A stretch of DNA of 63,883 bases, from assembly GCA_026770705.1 (NCBI GenBank), contig JANJGN010000029.1:17298118-17362000 (forward strand), written 5' to 3'. The notes beneath the pieces are model-generated. The model was not told the origin of the DNA. It ran no database searches and worked only from the letters and a program-made list of their open reading frames with translations. Shown in pieces: positions 12,895 through 24,520 of the stretch (the first letter of the stretch is position 1; every line of letters begins with the position of its first letter). A program made the translations under genes and the position numbers. The stretch comes from Isurus oxyrinchus. Lineage: Eukaryota.

Positions 12895-13135
12895 GCCCTC
12901 TCAGCGCTTCGGCAATCTCCGGAGCTACTCGGCAGCGGCGGGCAGGAGGTGTGGGGCTCGGCTACCTCCGGCAGCCCGGAGGCACCGGGCTCAGACTCGG
13001 CCATCTTCGCAGCCCGTGGACTCGGCGATCTCCGGCCGCCTGGGGTCTCGGGCTCGGCAATCTCCGGCCGCCTGGGTGCTCGGGCTCGGCAATCTCCGGC
13101 CGCCTGGGGACACGGGCTCGGTCATCTCCGGCAAC
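12895..13135. repeat. GC-rich ~32-bp minisatellite upstream of the DOCK start codon
   Basis: Repeated unit similar to CTCGGCAATCTCCGGCCGCCTGGGGTCTCGGG; 3-4 clear copies at 13021-13132 and degenerate copies further left. Confidence 0.8.
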
Positions 13136-15167
13136 CGCACCCCCCACTTCCTTCAAAGAAGTTTAGAATAAATCTCCAATGAAACAGCATTTGGTAGAAA
13201 TACGCAGCAAGGTCCGCGTAAAGGGTGGAAAAATACAAGTTAACCTTTAGAGTGCAGACCCTCAATCAGGACATTTACTTATATTTTTTACGACTGAATT
13301 CTCTGTAATGAGAGAGAACTTTGCAAAAAGTTTACAGGCTCGATTATCTGACTTTGTCAAGAATTACATAGAATATGTTTTTTTTTCCATTTTCTGCTGA
13401 AACGTCATCAGGCATACCTAAAAATTAGGTGTCAACTTGGTGAAGCTACAACGCAGGACAACTTGCTTGTCAAACAGCGGAAACAGCATGCAATAGTCAG
13501 AGCTAAGCCATTCACAATCAACCGTTCAGATCTAAGCTCCGCACTTCTGCTACATCCAGTCCTGAATAGTGGTGGACAATTAAACAACTCACTGGAGGAG
13601 GGGGCTCCACAAATATCCCCACCCTCAATGATGAGGGAGCCCAGCACAGCAGTACAAAAGACAAGGTTGAATCATTTGCAGCCATCTTCAGCCAGAAGTG
13701 CCTAGTGGATGATCCATCTTGGCCTCCTGCTGAGGTCCCCAGCACCACAGATACCTGTCTTCAACCAGTTTGATTCACTCCATGTGTTATCAAGAAACAG
13801 TTGAAGGCACTGGATACTGCAAAGGCTATGGGCCCTGACAACATTCAAGCAATAGTACCGAAGACTTGTGCTCCAGAACTGGCCACACACTTAGTCAAGC
13901 TGTTCCAGTATAGCTACAACACTAGCTTCTACCTGGCAATGTGAAAAATTATGCAGGTATGTCCTTTCTACAAAAAGCAGGACAAATCTAACCTGACTAA
14001 TTATCGCCCCATCAGCCTAATCTCGATCATGAGAAAAATTGATGGAAAGTGTTGTCAACAGTGCTATCAAGCAGCACTTACTCAGCAAAAACCTGCTCAC
14101 TGATGCTCAGCTTGGGTTCTGCCAAGGCCACTCAGCTACTAACCACATTACAACCTTGGTCCAAACATGGACAAAAAAGCTGAACTCAAGTGGTGATGTG
14201 AGAGTGACTGCCCTGGATATCCAGTCAGCATTTGACCAAATATGGCATCAAGGAGACCTAGCAAAACTGAATTCAATGAGAATCAGAGGAAAACTCTCCA
14301 CTGATTGGCATCATGCCTAGCTCAAAGGAAGATGGTTGTTGTTGTTGGAGATCAGTCATCTCAGTCCCGGGACATCACTGCAGGAGTTCCTCAGGGTAAT
14401 GTCCTAGGCCCAAACATTGTTTCATCAATGACCTTCCTTCCATCATAAGGTCAATAGTGGGGATGTTCACTGATGATTGCGCAATGCATCATTCACAACT
14501 CCTCAGATACTGAAGCAGTCCATGTCCAAATACAGCAAGACCTGCCCATACTGATAAGTGACAAGTAACATTCATGCCACAGAAGTGCCAAACAACAAAG
14601 GTCTTCAACAACAGAGATTTTAACTATCTCCCATTGACACACAATGGCATTAACATCTCTGAATCCGCCACTATCAACATCCTGGGGGTTATCGTTGACC
14701 ATAAACTGAATTTGGACCAGTTTAAACTAGAATGGCAGGGGGATGGGAACCTGAGCAGGGAACAGAGGAGCGGGAAACAAGGATAGAAACGAAAGAAAAG
14801 TAAGAAACAAAACTGGAAGGCAGAAAAAAACAAGAGCGTAAAACAAATGAGGACATAGTGCAAAATAAAGCTAAGATGACTATTGGGGTTAAAAAGACAA
14901 GTCTAAAGGCTTTGTATCTTAATGCGCAGAGCATTCGCAATACGGTAGATGAATTAACAGCACAAATAGATATAAACAGCTATGACATAGTTGCAATGAC
15001 AGAGATATGGCTGCAGGGTGACCAAGGATGGGAACTGAACATCTAGGGGTATTCAATATTTAGGAAGGACAGACAAATAGGGAAAGGAGATGGGGTAGCA
15101 CTGTTAGTAAAGGATCAATGCATTAGTGAGGAAAGATATTGGCTCAGAAAATCATGATGTGGAATCT

Positions 15168-15254
15168 AGAACAAAAACAAAAATACCTGGAAAAACTCAG
15201 CAGGTCATTTTTGCTTTTGTTCTAGATTTCCAGCATCCGCAGTATTTTGCTTTT
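15168..15254. mobile_element. Minimal tail-out Penelope insertion
   Basis: Two opposed 3' tails; 14-bp TSD ATGATGTG(G/A)AATCT at 15154-15167 and 15255-15268. Confidence 0.85.
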
Positions 15255-15591
15255 ATGATGTGAAATCTGTTTAGGTGGACAGAAGAAACACCAAGGGGCA
15301 TTAAACGTTGATGGGGGTTGTTTATAGACCTACAAACAGTAACATAGATGTAATGGGAAGGCATTAAACAGGAAATTAGAGGCACATGCAGTAAGGGTAC
15401 AACTGTAATCATGGGTGACTTTAATCCACAAAAAGATTGGACAAACCAAACTAGCAATGATACTGTGGAGGAGGATTTCCTGGAGTGTATACGTGATGGT
15501 TTTTTTAGACCAATACATTGAGGAACCAACTAGAGAGCAGGCTATCCTATACTGGGTATTGTGCAAAGAGAAAGAATTAATTAACAATCTT

Positions 15592-15693
15592 AAACAAAAA
15601 CAGAATTACCTGGAAAAACTCAGCAGGGTCTGGCAGCATCAGCGGAGAAGAAAAGTGTTGACGTTTCGAGTCCTCATGACCCTTCAACAGAAC
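15592..15693 (-). mobile_element. Single Penelope 3' tail beginning at the hammerhead motif
   Basis: TSD TAACAATCTT (15582-15591, 15694-15703); minus strand starts GTTCTGTTGAAGGGTCATGAGGACTCGAAACGTCAAC. Confidence 0.8.
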
Positions 15694-18267
15694 TAACAAT
15701 CTTGTTGTGTAGGGTCCCTTGGTGAAGAGCAACCATAAAATGACAGAATTATTCATTAGGATGGAGAGTGAAGAAGTTGAATCCGAAACTAGCGCCCTGA
15801 ATCTAAATAAAGGGAACTGCGAGGGTATGAGGCGCGAGTTGACAATGATAGATTGGGGAACCTTACTAAAAGGCTTGACGGTGGATAGGCAATGGCTAAT
15901 ATTTAAGGAGCATATGCATGAATTACAACAATTATTAATTCCTGTCTAGTGCAACAATAAAACAGGAAAGGTGGCTCAACTATGGCTTACAAAAGAAATT
16001 AGGGATAGTATTAGATCCAAAGAGGAGACATATAAAATTGCCAGAAAATGCAGCAAGAGGATTGGGAGCAGTTTAAAATTCAGCAAAAGTGGACAAAATG
16101 ATTGATCAAGAAGGGGAAATGGAGTATGAGAGTAAACTTGCAGGGAACATAAAAACTGACTGTAAAAGCTTCTATAAATATGTGAAGAGAAAAAGATTAG
16201 CAAAGACAAATATAGGTCCCTTACAGTCAGAATCGGGGGAAATTATAATCGGGAACAAAGAAATGGCAGAAGAGTTGAACATATTTTGGTTCTTTCTTCA
16301 CAAAAGAGGATTCAAGTAATTTCCCAGAAATGTTAGGGAACCAAGGGTCGAGTAAGAGGGAGGAATTGAAGAAAATCAGTATTTGCAAAAAAATGGTGCT
16401 AGAGAAATTAATGGGATTAAAGGCTGAAAAATCCGCAGGCCCTGATAATCTACATCCTAGAGCTCTAAAGGAAGTGGCCTTGGAAATATTGGATACATTG
16501 GTGGTTATCTTCCAAAATTCCATAGACTCTGGAGCAGTTCCTACAAATTGGAGGGTGGCAAATGTAACCCCACTATTTATAAAAGGAGGGAGAATAAAAA
16601 CAGAGAATTACAGATCAGTTAGCCTAACATCAGTAGTAGCAAAAATGCTAGAATCTATTATAAAAGATGAGGTAACAGAACACTTGGAAAGCATTAACTG
16701 GATTAGACAAAGACAGCATGGGTTTGTGAAAGGGAAAACATGCTTAACTAATTTACTGGAGTTTATTTGAAGATGTAACTAGTAAAATAGATAAGGGAGA
16801 ACCAGTGGATGTGGTGTATTTGGATTTCAAGAAGGCTTTTGATAAGGTCCCCTATAAGAGGCTAGTGGGCAAAATTAAAGCACATGGGATCGGGGGTAAT
16901 ACACTGGAATGGATTGAGAATTGGTTGACAGACCGGGAACAGAGAGTGGTCAACCTGTGGAGTTTTCTACCACAGAAGCATGTGGAAGCCGGGTCACTGA
17001 GTATATTCAGGAAAAAAATTGATACATTTTTGGATATTAGGGAACTCAAGGGGTATGGAGAGAAAGCAGGAATATGACATTGAGATAGAGGATCAGCCAT
17101 GATCATATTGAATGGCACAGCAGGCTCGAAGGGCCAAAAGGCCTACTCCTGCTCCTAGTTTCTATGTGTCTATATAAATACCGTAGCTACAAGAGCAGGT
17201 CAGAGGCTGGTAATTCTGCAGAGGAGTAACTCACCTCCTGAATCCTCAAAGCCTGTCCACCATTTACAAAGCACAAAGCAGGACTGCAATGGAATACTCC
17301 CCACTTGCTTGGATTAGTGCAGCTGCAACAACACTAAAGAAGTTTGACACCATCCAGGACAAAGCAACCCATTTGACTGGCACCCCATCCACAAACATTT
17401 ACTCCCTCTCCCACCGGCAAACAGTGGCAGCAGTGTATACCGTCTGCACTGCTGCAATTCACCAAGGCTCCTTCGACAGCACCTTCCAAACCCGTGACCT
17501 GTACCACCTAGAAGGACAAGGGCAGCAGATACATGGGACCACCACCACCTGCAAGTTCCCCTCCAAGTCACTCACCATCCTGACTTGGAACTATATCACC
17601 GTTCCTTCACTGTTGCTGGATCAAAATCCTGGAACTCCCTTCTTAACAGCGCTATGGGTGTTTCTCCAGCACATGGATCCAGCAGTTCAAGAAGGTGGCT
17701 TACTAGCACCTTCTCAAGGGCAATTAGGGATGGGCAATAAATGCTGGCTTAGCCAGCGAAGCCCACACCCCATCAATGAATTTTTAAAAAGATGGAGTTA
17801 AATGCAGGCTCTCACTGTGCCAAACAAATGGCAGAAAGGATTGAGGTGCTGAATGGTCTACTTCCGCTCCTTTGTTTCTTAGTTATCAATAGAACAGAAC
17901 AGAGCTTCATCCGTTAACAAGCAAAGGGAAGAGTTATTTTGCAGGAAGGAGTCTGGGAGGACTTAAAGATAGCTAGCCACCAATCTCAGCGCTGCAAACC
18001 AGAACTATTCATCACCGATTTGTGTGAACAGTATTTGCGTTTTGAAGCATCTGTTTTACGGGTAGCAAATAGAGGCATACCGATGTGGATTGGTTGTTTT
18101 TCAGGTAGACTCAGTATGAATTAATCCCCAAACGCAAGATTGAAAGTAAACTTATATTCCTACAATGTCTTTTCTGTCAAATCATGTAAATAATTAATAA
18201 ATCATGAAAGAATATTTTCTGTCATGTATTTCTTTTTGAAAAGATACTTTGTTGGGAAACCTACTCT

Positions 18268-18680
18268 GGCTCATGGGTAGTGTTCTCAGCCTTGAGTAAG
18301 AAGTTTGTGGGTTCAAGTCCCATGGAAGGAACTTGAGCGCAAAATCTAGAGTGAGTGCTGCATCATTGGAGGTGCCATCTTTCAGATGAGATGTTAAACC
18401 AAGGCCCTATCTGCCCTCTCAGTTTGACAAAAAAGAATGTACACGTTGTTTCAAAGAAGAGCAGGAGTACTCCCTGCTTTTATGTATCCCTCAATCAATG
18501 TCCCTAAAGGATAGATTATCCGGACACCACCTCATAACTGTTTGTGAGACATTACAGTCCACAAATTGACTTTTCCTAAATTACAAGTGACTACACTTCA
18601 AAAAAAGTATTTCATTAACTGAAAAGCACTTAAGGATGTCCTGAGGTTGTGAAAAGTGTGATGTAAATCCTACTCTTTGT
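18268..18680 (+). mobile_element. Deu-domain tRNA SINE
   Basis: TGGCTCATGGG A box, GTTCAAGTCC B box, Deu core, L2-like tail. Confidence 0.75.
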
Positions 18681-18732
18681 AAATCCTAATCTTTCTTTTA
18701 CTATCTGAGGTCAGTCTTGGTTCTGCTCTTGA

Positions 18733-19069
18733 AATAAAAACAGAAAATGCTGGAAAAACTCAGCAGGTCTGACAGCATCTGTGGAGAGAGAAACAGAGTT
18801 AACATTTCGAGTCTGTATGACTCTTCTTCAGAGCTAAAGAGAAGTAGAAATGTGATTAAATTTATACTGTTTAAGCGGGTAGAGCAGGTGAAGCTGGATA
18901 GAAGATCAACGATAGGTGGGGGCTAAGGAGAGATGGACAGAGATGTCATACGGACTTGAAACGTTAACTCTGTTTCTCTCTCCACAAGTGCTGTCAGACC
19001 TGCTGAGCTTTTCCAGCATTTTCTGTTTTTAATTCAGATTTCTGGCATCTGCAGTATTTTGCTTTTATC
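18733..19069. mobile_element. Tail-out Penelope insertion (older subfamily)
   Basis: Opposed tails; TSD TTCTGCTC(T/C)TGA at 18721-18732 and 19070-19081. Confidence 0.8.
18797..18835 (-). ncRNA. Minimal type I hammerhead ribozyme-like motif (canonical CUGAAGA core)
   Basis: AGCU-CUGAAGA-A-GAGUC AUACA GACUC-GAAA-UG-UU-AACU. Confidence 0.65.
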
Positions 19070-20304
19070 TTCTGCTCCTGAGGTTGTTTACCAATTTATT
19101 GAGAAACGTCAACTCTAACTTGAGTTAACAACTATGAACACTAACCTGTGGAAACTTAGGACAGGAAAAGAATCATTGAGTTTATCTTGTCTGGGCATGG
19201 TCTGGCTGATTGAAAACAAGATCCTTTCTGATACCAAACCCTTCAATCCAGCCACACAATCTCCTAGAAGAGATAAAAACGATTAGGGATAAAACCTTAG
19301 TCCAATTTAGGAAGAAACTCCTGGAAGTTGCTCTCTGTCCCCCAGAGGTGATGAAACACGTTCTGGGAGACCACATTCAGGAGTCTGTCCAGCTCCCTTT
19401 TGAATGCTGCAATGAATCCACACTGACTGCACAAAGCCAGCAGCTTGTTCCAGGAGTCAGTAGCTCTCTGTGAATAGAAGTACCTCCTGGCTTAGATTTT
19501 CACTTGTGTAATTTATAACTTGTATCCGTTACTATAGTGACCACACTTCGAAAGCACTTCATTGGTTGTGAAGCGCTTTGGGGCGTTCTGAGATAGTGAA
19601 AGATGCTATATAAATGTAAGTACTTTCCTCCTCTATACTTTAACACAGCAAAACACACGCACTGGGAGACAGAGTGTGATGCACTGTCTGTATTACTGAA
19701 CTATATTCAAACAGCATCATAATGTGCGAGAGCAAAGCTTTTGCACTTTTGCTCCCAGTTATTATGTTCCAGCATAGGTGTTCTCGAGTAGACACTACAA
19801 GACTGGCATTTATGTAGTGCTTTTTGCAACCACCAGATACCCCAGAACACCTTACAGCCAATTAAATACTTTTGAAGTGTAGTCACTGTAGGAAATGCGA
19901 CAGCCAATTTGTTCCAGAAACAGCAATGTTTTAATGACCAGATAATCTGTCTTCTACTGCAGTCATACAGGATAAACCAGATAATCTGTCTTCTATTGCA
20001 GTTGTATATTAATGTTTATAACTTGTATCCCTTACAATAGTGAGCACATTTCAAAAGTACTTAATTGGCTGTACAGTAGTTGGCTACATTCAAACAGTGC
20101 AAGTAGGTTAGTCTATGCCAGGAGAAAATGACTTTTTTCAGGCTGTGTTCAATTGTGGTCTAAGAAAAGCACTAAAATGTTGTGACATGTTGCAACAGCT
20201 GGTGCTTAAAGTAGGTTCTTAAGCTTGATCTGAGATAAGAGGTTTGTGTATTAAACCTATATTGTTTGTGTTTCAGACTCTTCTTTAAATAAAGTCTACA
20301 ACCA

Positions 20305-20905
20305 AAATAAAAGCAAAAAACTGCAGATGCTGGAAATCCAAAACAAAAACAAAAATACCTGGAAAAACTCAGCAGGTCTGACAGCATTTGTGGAGAGGAA
20401 CACAGTTAACGTTTCGAGTCTGTATGACTCTAAGAGCTAAGGAAAAATAGAAAAGAGGTGAAATATAAGCTGGTTTAAGGTGGAGGGGGACAAGTAGAGC
20501 TGGATAGAGGGCCAGTGATAGGTGGAGATAGCCACAAGATGTCATAGACAAAAGGACAAAGAGGTGTTGAAGGTGGTGATATTATCTAAGGAATGTGCTA
20601 ATTAAGGGTAGAAAGCAGGACGAGCAAGGTACAGATAGCTCTAGGGGTGGGGTGGGGGGGAAGGGAATGAAATAGGCTAAAAGGTAGAGATAAAACAATG
20701 GATGGAAGCAAAATAAGAGACAAGCAGCAGGTCCGACAGCATCTGCAGAGAGGAACACAGCCAGTTTCGAGTCCGAATGACTCCAGCTCGGACTCGAAAC
20801 ATTAACTGTATTCCTCTCCGCAGACGCTATCGGACCTGCTGAGTTTTTCCAGGTATTTTTGTTTTTGTTCTAGATTTCCAGCATCCGCAGTATTTTGCTG
20901 TTATC
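20305..20905. mobile_element. Penelope 3' region (minus, ~20305-20710) next to a small palindromic tail insertion (20728-20905)
   Basis: The second insertion has TSD TAAGAGACAAGCAG at 20714-20727 and 20906-20919. Confidence 0.8.
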
Positions 20906-21202
20906 TAAGAGACAAGCAGGTTCGATTCATTGTGGGCAGGGTCATTGTTAGGGTGGAGGTTTAGACAAAGTCATTATCAGCCACTGACACATGCGGAACA
21001 GCGTAAACGGCCTGAGATCTGTTTCAGCTGCAAAAAACACACCACCCAAAGAGAGAACATTAACCAAGCAATCAAGAGACAAAGCTAGAGAACACACTGG
21101 ACAGTGACTTGGCAGTGACATACGTAAAGAATGTAGACATTGCCCTCTTGTGACAGAACTCAGCCAGCAGCTCAACTCTCAAGCAGGAACTCCCTCTATC
21201 AG

Positions 21203-21304
21203 AACAAAAACAGAAACAGAAATACCTGGAAAAACTCAGCAGGTCTGGCAGCATCGGCGGAGAAGAGTCAGTTGACGTTTTGAGTTATTATCTTTGTTTT
21301 TATT
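21203..21304. mobile_element. Penelope tail insertion with a vestigial opposite tail
   Basis: TSD TCCC(T/C)CTATCAG at 21191-21202 and 21305-21316. Confidence 0.7.
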
Positions 21305-21539
21305 TCCCCCTATCAGTGGCTGAGGAGGGAAGCACATTACCCTAAAATAGCTACTTTTTATTTACTGTCAAGGCCGCTGTGTCACACAATGTACCCTGAC
21401 TACTATTGGTACAACAAGGCAACTCACCATCATCATCTCGAGAACAATGAGGGATGGGCAAATGCTAACATCTGGTGAATGAGTAAATATAAACAAACTA
21501 CACGCTCCAAAATTTTATATGTAGTACACAAATAATTCG

Positions 21540-23000
21540 TCATGTTTCCCTTTTGTAAAACCATTAGGCAGGGTCAACAAGGGGGTTTATGAAAGGGAAA
21601 TTGTGTTTGACAAAATCTATTAGGTTTTTTGATGTTGTAACTAGGATGATAAATAAAGGGGAAATCAGTGGATGTAGAATATTTCAACAGGCATTTGATA
21701 AGGTGGCACATGAAAGCCTTTAGCTTTTGCTGCAAAGGAGAAAGGTCACCAAACTCTTCAGGCCTTTCAGCTATAGTACGTGAGGGTCCGGAAACAATGT
21801 TAAAACCCCTTGGGCTGTATATCTGACAGGGAATCTTGTAAATATTAACTGTAACTGTAAACCTAGTGAGTAACATCCATAAATTGGATGAAACTGATTT
21901 GGTTTGCACCTTAAGTAATGTCAACTTCGGGCATTCATGTAATAATGTACTTTTATAAATTTTATGAGTAAAGTGTATTTATGGGGAAAGAAAGCAAGGT
22001 TGTTACACAAAGTAAAGGCTCATGAGATTTGAGTGTAATAAATTAGCCCAAATAGAGGATTGGTTAAAACACAGAAAACAGAAAATAGGAATAACAGGTC
22101 ACTTTCAGGTTGGCAGGCTGTTACCAGTGGGATCCTGCAAGGATCAGTGCTGGCACCTCAGCTGTTTACAATCAATATGAATGATTAGATGAAGGGGTCA
22201 AGCGGAATGTATCCAGGTTTGCTGATAAGACAAAGTTAGGTGGGAACTAACCATAAGGGCGATACAAAGGGTCTGAAGAAGGATTTGCTCATGTTAAATC
22301 AATGGGAAAGAACATTGCAGAGGATCATAATGTGAGGCTATTCACTTTAGTAGGAAGAATAGAAAAACAATCTTTTTAAAAGGGGAGAAACTATTAAGTG
22401 TTGGTGTTCCAAGGGATTTGCATATCCTTGTACATGAAGCACAGCAAGTTAATATGCAGGGCAATGAGAGATGGACAACAATTGATGCCAACATCTCATG
22501 AAAGAATCATAAAAAGGTAAAGCAAGAAATTGGGAATGCAAGTGGCATGTTAGCTTTTATTGCAAGGGACTTTGAATAAAAGAGTAAGGAAGTCTTGCTG
22601 CAATTATACAGCGCTTTGGTGAAATTACCTCTGGAGTATTAGTCCCCATATCTAAGAAACAATTAGAGGGGGTGCAACAAAGGTTCACTAGATTGATTCC
22701 TGGGATGAAAGAGTTTTCCTAAAAGAGAGATTGAGTAGAATGCACCTGTACTCTCTGGAGTTTAGAAGAATGAGGGGTGATCTCCATTGAAACCGATAAG
22801 CTTTTGAGATGACTTGACAAGGTGGGTACAGAAAGGCAGTTTGCCTAGCTGGAGAGTCTAGGACCAAGCGGCATAGTCCCAAGATAAAGGGTTGGCAATT
22901 TATAACTGAGATGAGGAAAAATTTCTTACCTCAGAGGTTTAAGAATTCTCTGTCACAGAGGGCTGTAGATGCTCAGTCTTTGAAGTCAACTGATTTTTGC
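21540..23000 (+). mobile_element. Degenerate CR1 fragments
   Basis: GFMKGKLCLTNLL, QGSVL.P, FAD remnants and CR1 3' region. Confidence 0.7.
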
Positions 23001-23049
23001 ATATATCCAACTATATCATAATAGTCTACACAGAGTGAATTTCTTCAAA

Positions 23050-24520
23050 ATCTAATATGGGTTCAACCAAAGGCACTGGATAAGATTATCTGATGGATTC
23101 CAGAGCACGGAGTCTAAAGGACTCCAGGCACAGACACCAGTGGTGGAACCAAAGACCAGAGCCATTGAAATGCAGAGGTCAGGTGGATTGTAGGGCAAGA
23201 AGATGCAGGGCGGGGGGTGGAGAGGGGGCGTTGTTGGGGAGACCCTGCAGGAATCTGAAAGAGGATGAGAATTTTAAATTGGAGTTGTTGGAGGATTGGA
23301 AGACGATACAGGATGGAAGGGTGAGTGAGAGTTAGATATGCTGGCGGAGTTTTAGATGAGGTGAAGGCCGGGCGGCCAGCCAGGAGAGCATTGGGATAGT
23401 TGTCCCAGAGGTAAGGAAAGTAGGAAGGTGGAAGCTAGGCTGAGGTGGGGCTGGAGACGTTGGTGATGTTATGGAATTGGAAGTAGGTGGTCTTTGAGAT
23501 GGAGAGGCTATGTGGTCAGAAGCTCGAGTCTGGATTCAGTGCCAAGGGATAAAGCTGATGGCTTCAGTCTTGCCAGTGTTAAACTAGAAGAAATTACTTC
23601 TTGAGTACTGGAGGTCGGACCAGTAGACCCTGAGGCAGTGGAGGGGTTGAGAGGGGCATTGGGGTGGCAGAGCTGGGTGTCATCAGTGTACACGTCAAAC
23701 CTGACCTCATACCTGTGGATGCAGTTGTCTAACTACCAGCATGTGGATATGGAAAAATGAGTGGGAAGAGACTGAAGATGCTCTGGCTATGATGGATAGT
23801 TAAGTGAGAAATTAAATGAGGGAAGTACTGCTGAGTTGAAAAACCAAGGGGCAGGATAGTAGGAGGCTGAAGTGGATGACCATGTCACAGGCTGCAGGAT
23901 GAGAAGGGAGAGCAGCCCGGGATTTATGGAACTCTGTGTGGTCACAGTCACAGGAAATTTTAATTGTGACTTTGATGAGGACCATGTCAGTGCTGTGGGA
24001 GGGGTGGAAACCTGATTGGAGAGTTTCAAACATGGTCTTGTGGGAAAGATAGACGCAGATTTGGGAGAAACCCAACACATTTGAGGGGCTCAGAGGAAAG
24101 GGATGTTAAAGATGTAGGTTGCAAACACAAAGGAGCTAAGGGCGGTTTAGTTTTTGAGTGGGTGATGATGGCAGTTTTGAAAAGGTTGGGTGACAGTATG
24201 GAAGGAGCAGGGAGCCCTTACGATGTCAGTTAGCACGAGGGCCAGGAAAGGAAGTTGAGGGGTTATCGTTTTAATGGGACCTGAAACATGGGGACAAGAG
24301 GTGGGTGCCATGCATGTGTTAAGATATGGAAGGGGCCATAGGGAGATAGGAGGGGGACACAGTGTTCAATGCTGAGCGAAGGGAGAGCCTGGAGGCAAAA
24401 TGGCTGGGTGGCTAAAGGGAAGGTGGGGGAGGGTGCAGGGTGGAGGATGAGGCAGACGGTAAGTGGAGGCAGTGGACCAAATGTTCTCAATCTCCGTGAC
24501 AAAGAAGACCATGAGCTCCA
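23050..24520 (-). mobile_element. Degenerate L2 LINE
   Basis: FETLQSGFHPSHST and YTDDTQL motifs. Confidence 0.7.

Larger units (their letters stand above)
12370..13145. promoter_or_regulatory. CpG-rich promoter/first-exon region of the DOCK gene
   Basis: High GC and abundant CpG relative to CpG-poor flanks; GC-box-like CCCGCCC motifs; overlaps exon 1. Confidence 0.75.
14719..17171 (+). mobile_element. Nested CR1 LINE (APE-RT, internally deleted) carrying two Penelope tail insertions
   Basis: LYLNAQSIRN, GPDNLHPRALKE, NYRSVSLTS, VVYLDFKKAFDKVP, then a jump to the 3' end. Confidence 0.85.
13420..17785 (+). mobile_element. CR1/L2-group LINE (13420-14718 and 17172-17785), split by a nested CR1
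   Basis: RT motifs NYRPISL, Q.GF..GHS, ALDIQSAFD; the reading resumes after 17172 with ATRAGQRL...MEYSPLAW. Confidence 0.8.
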
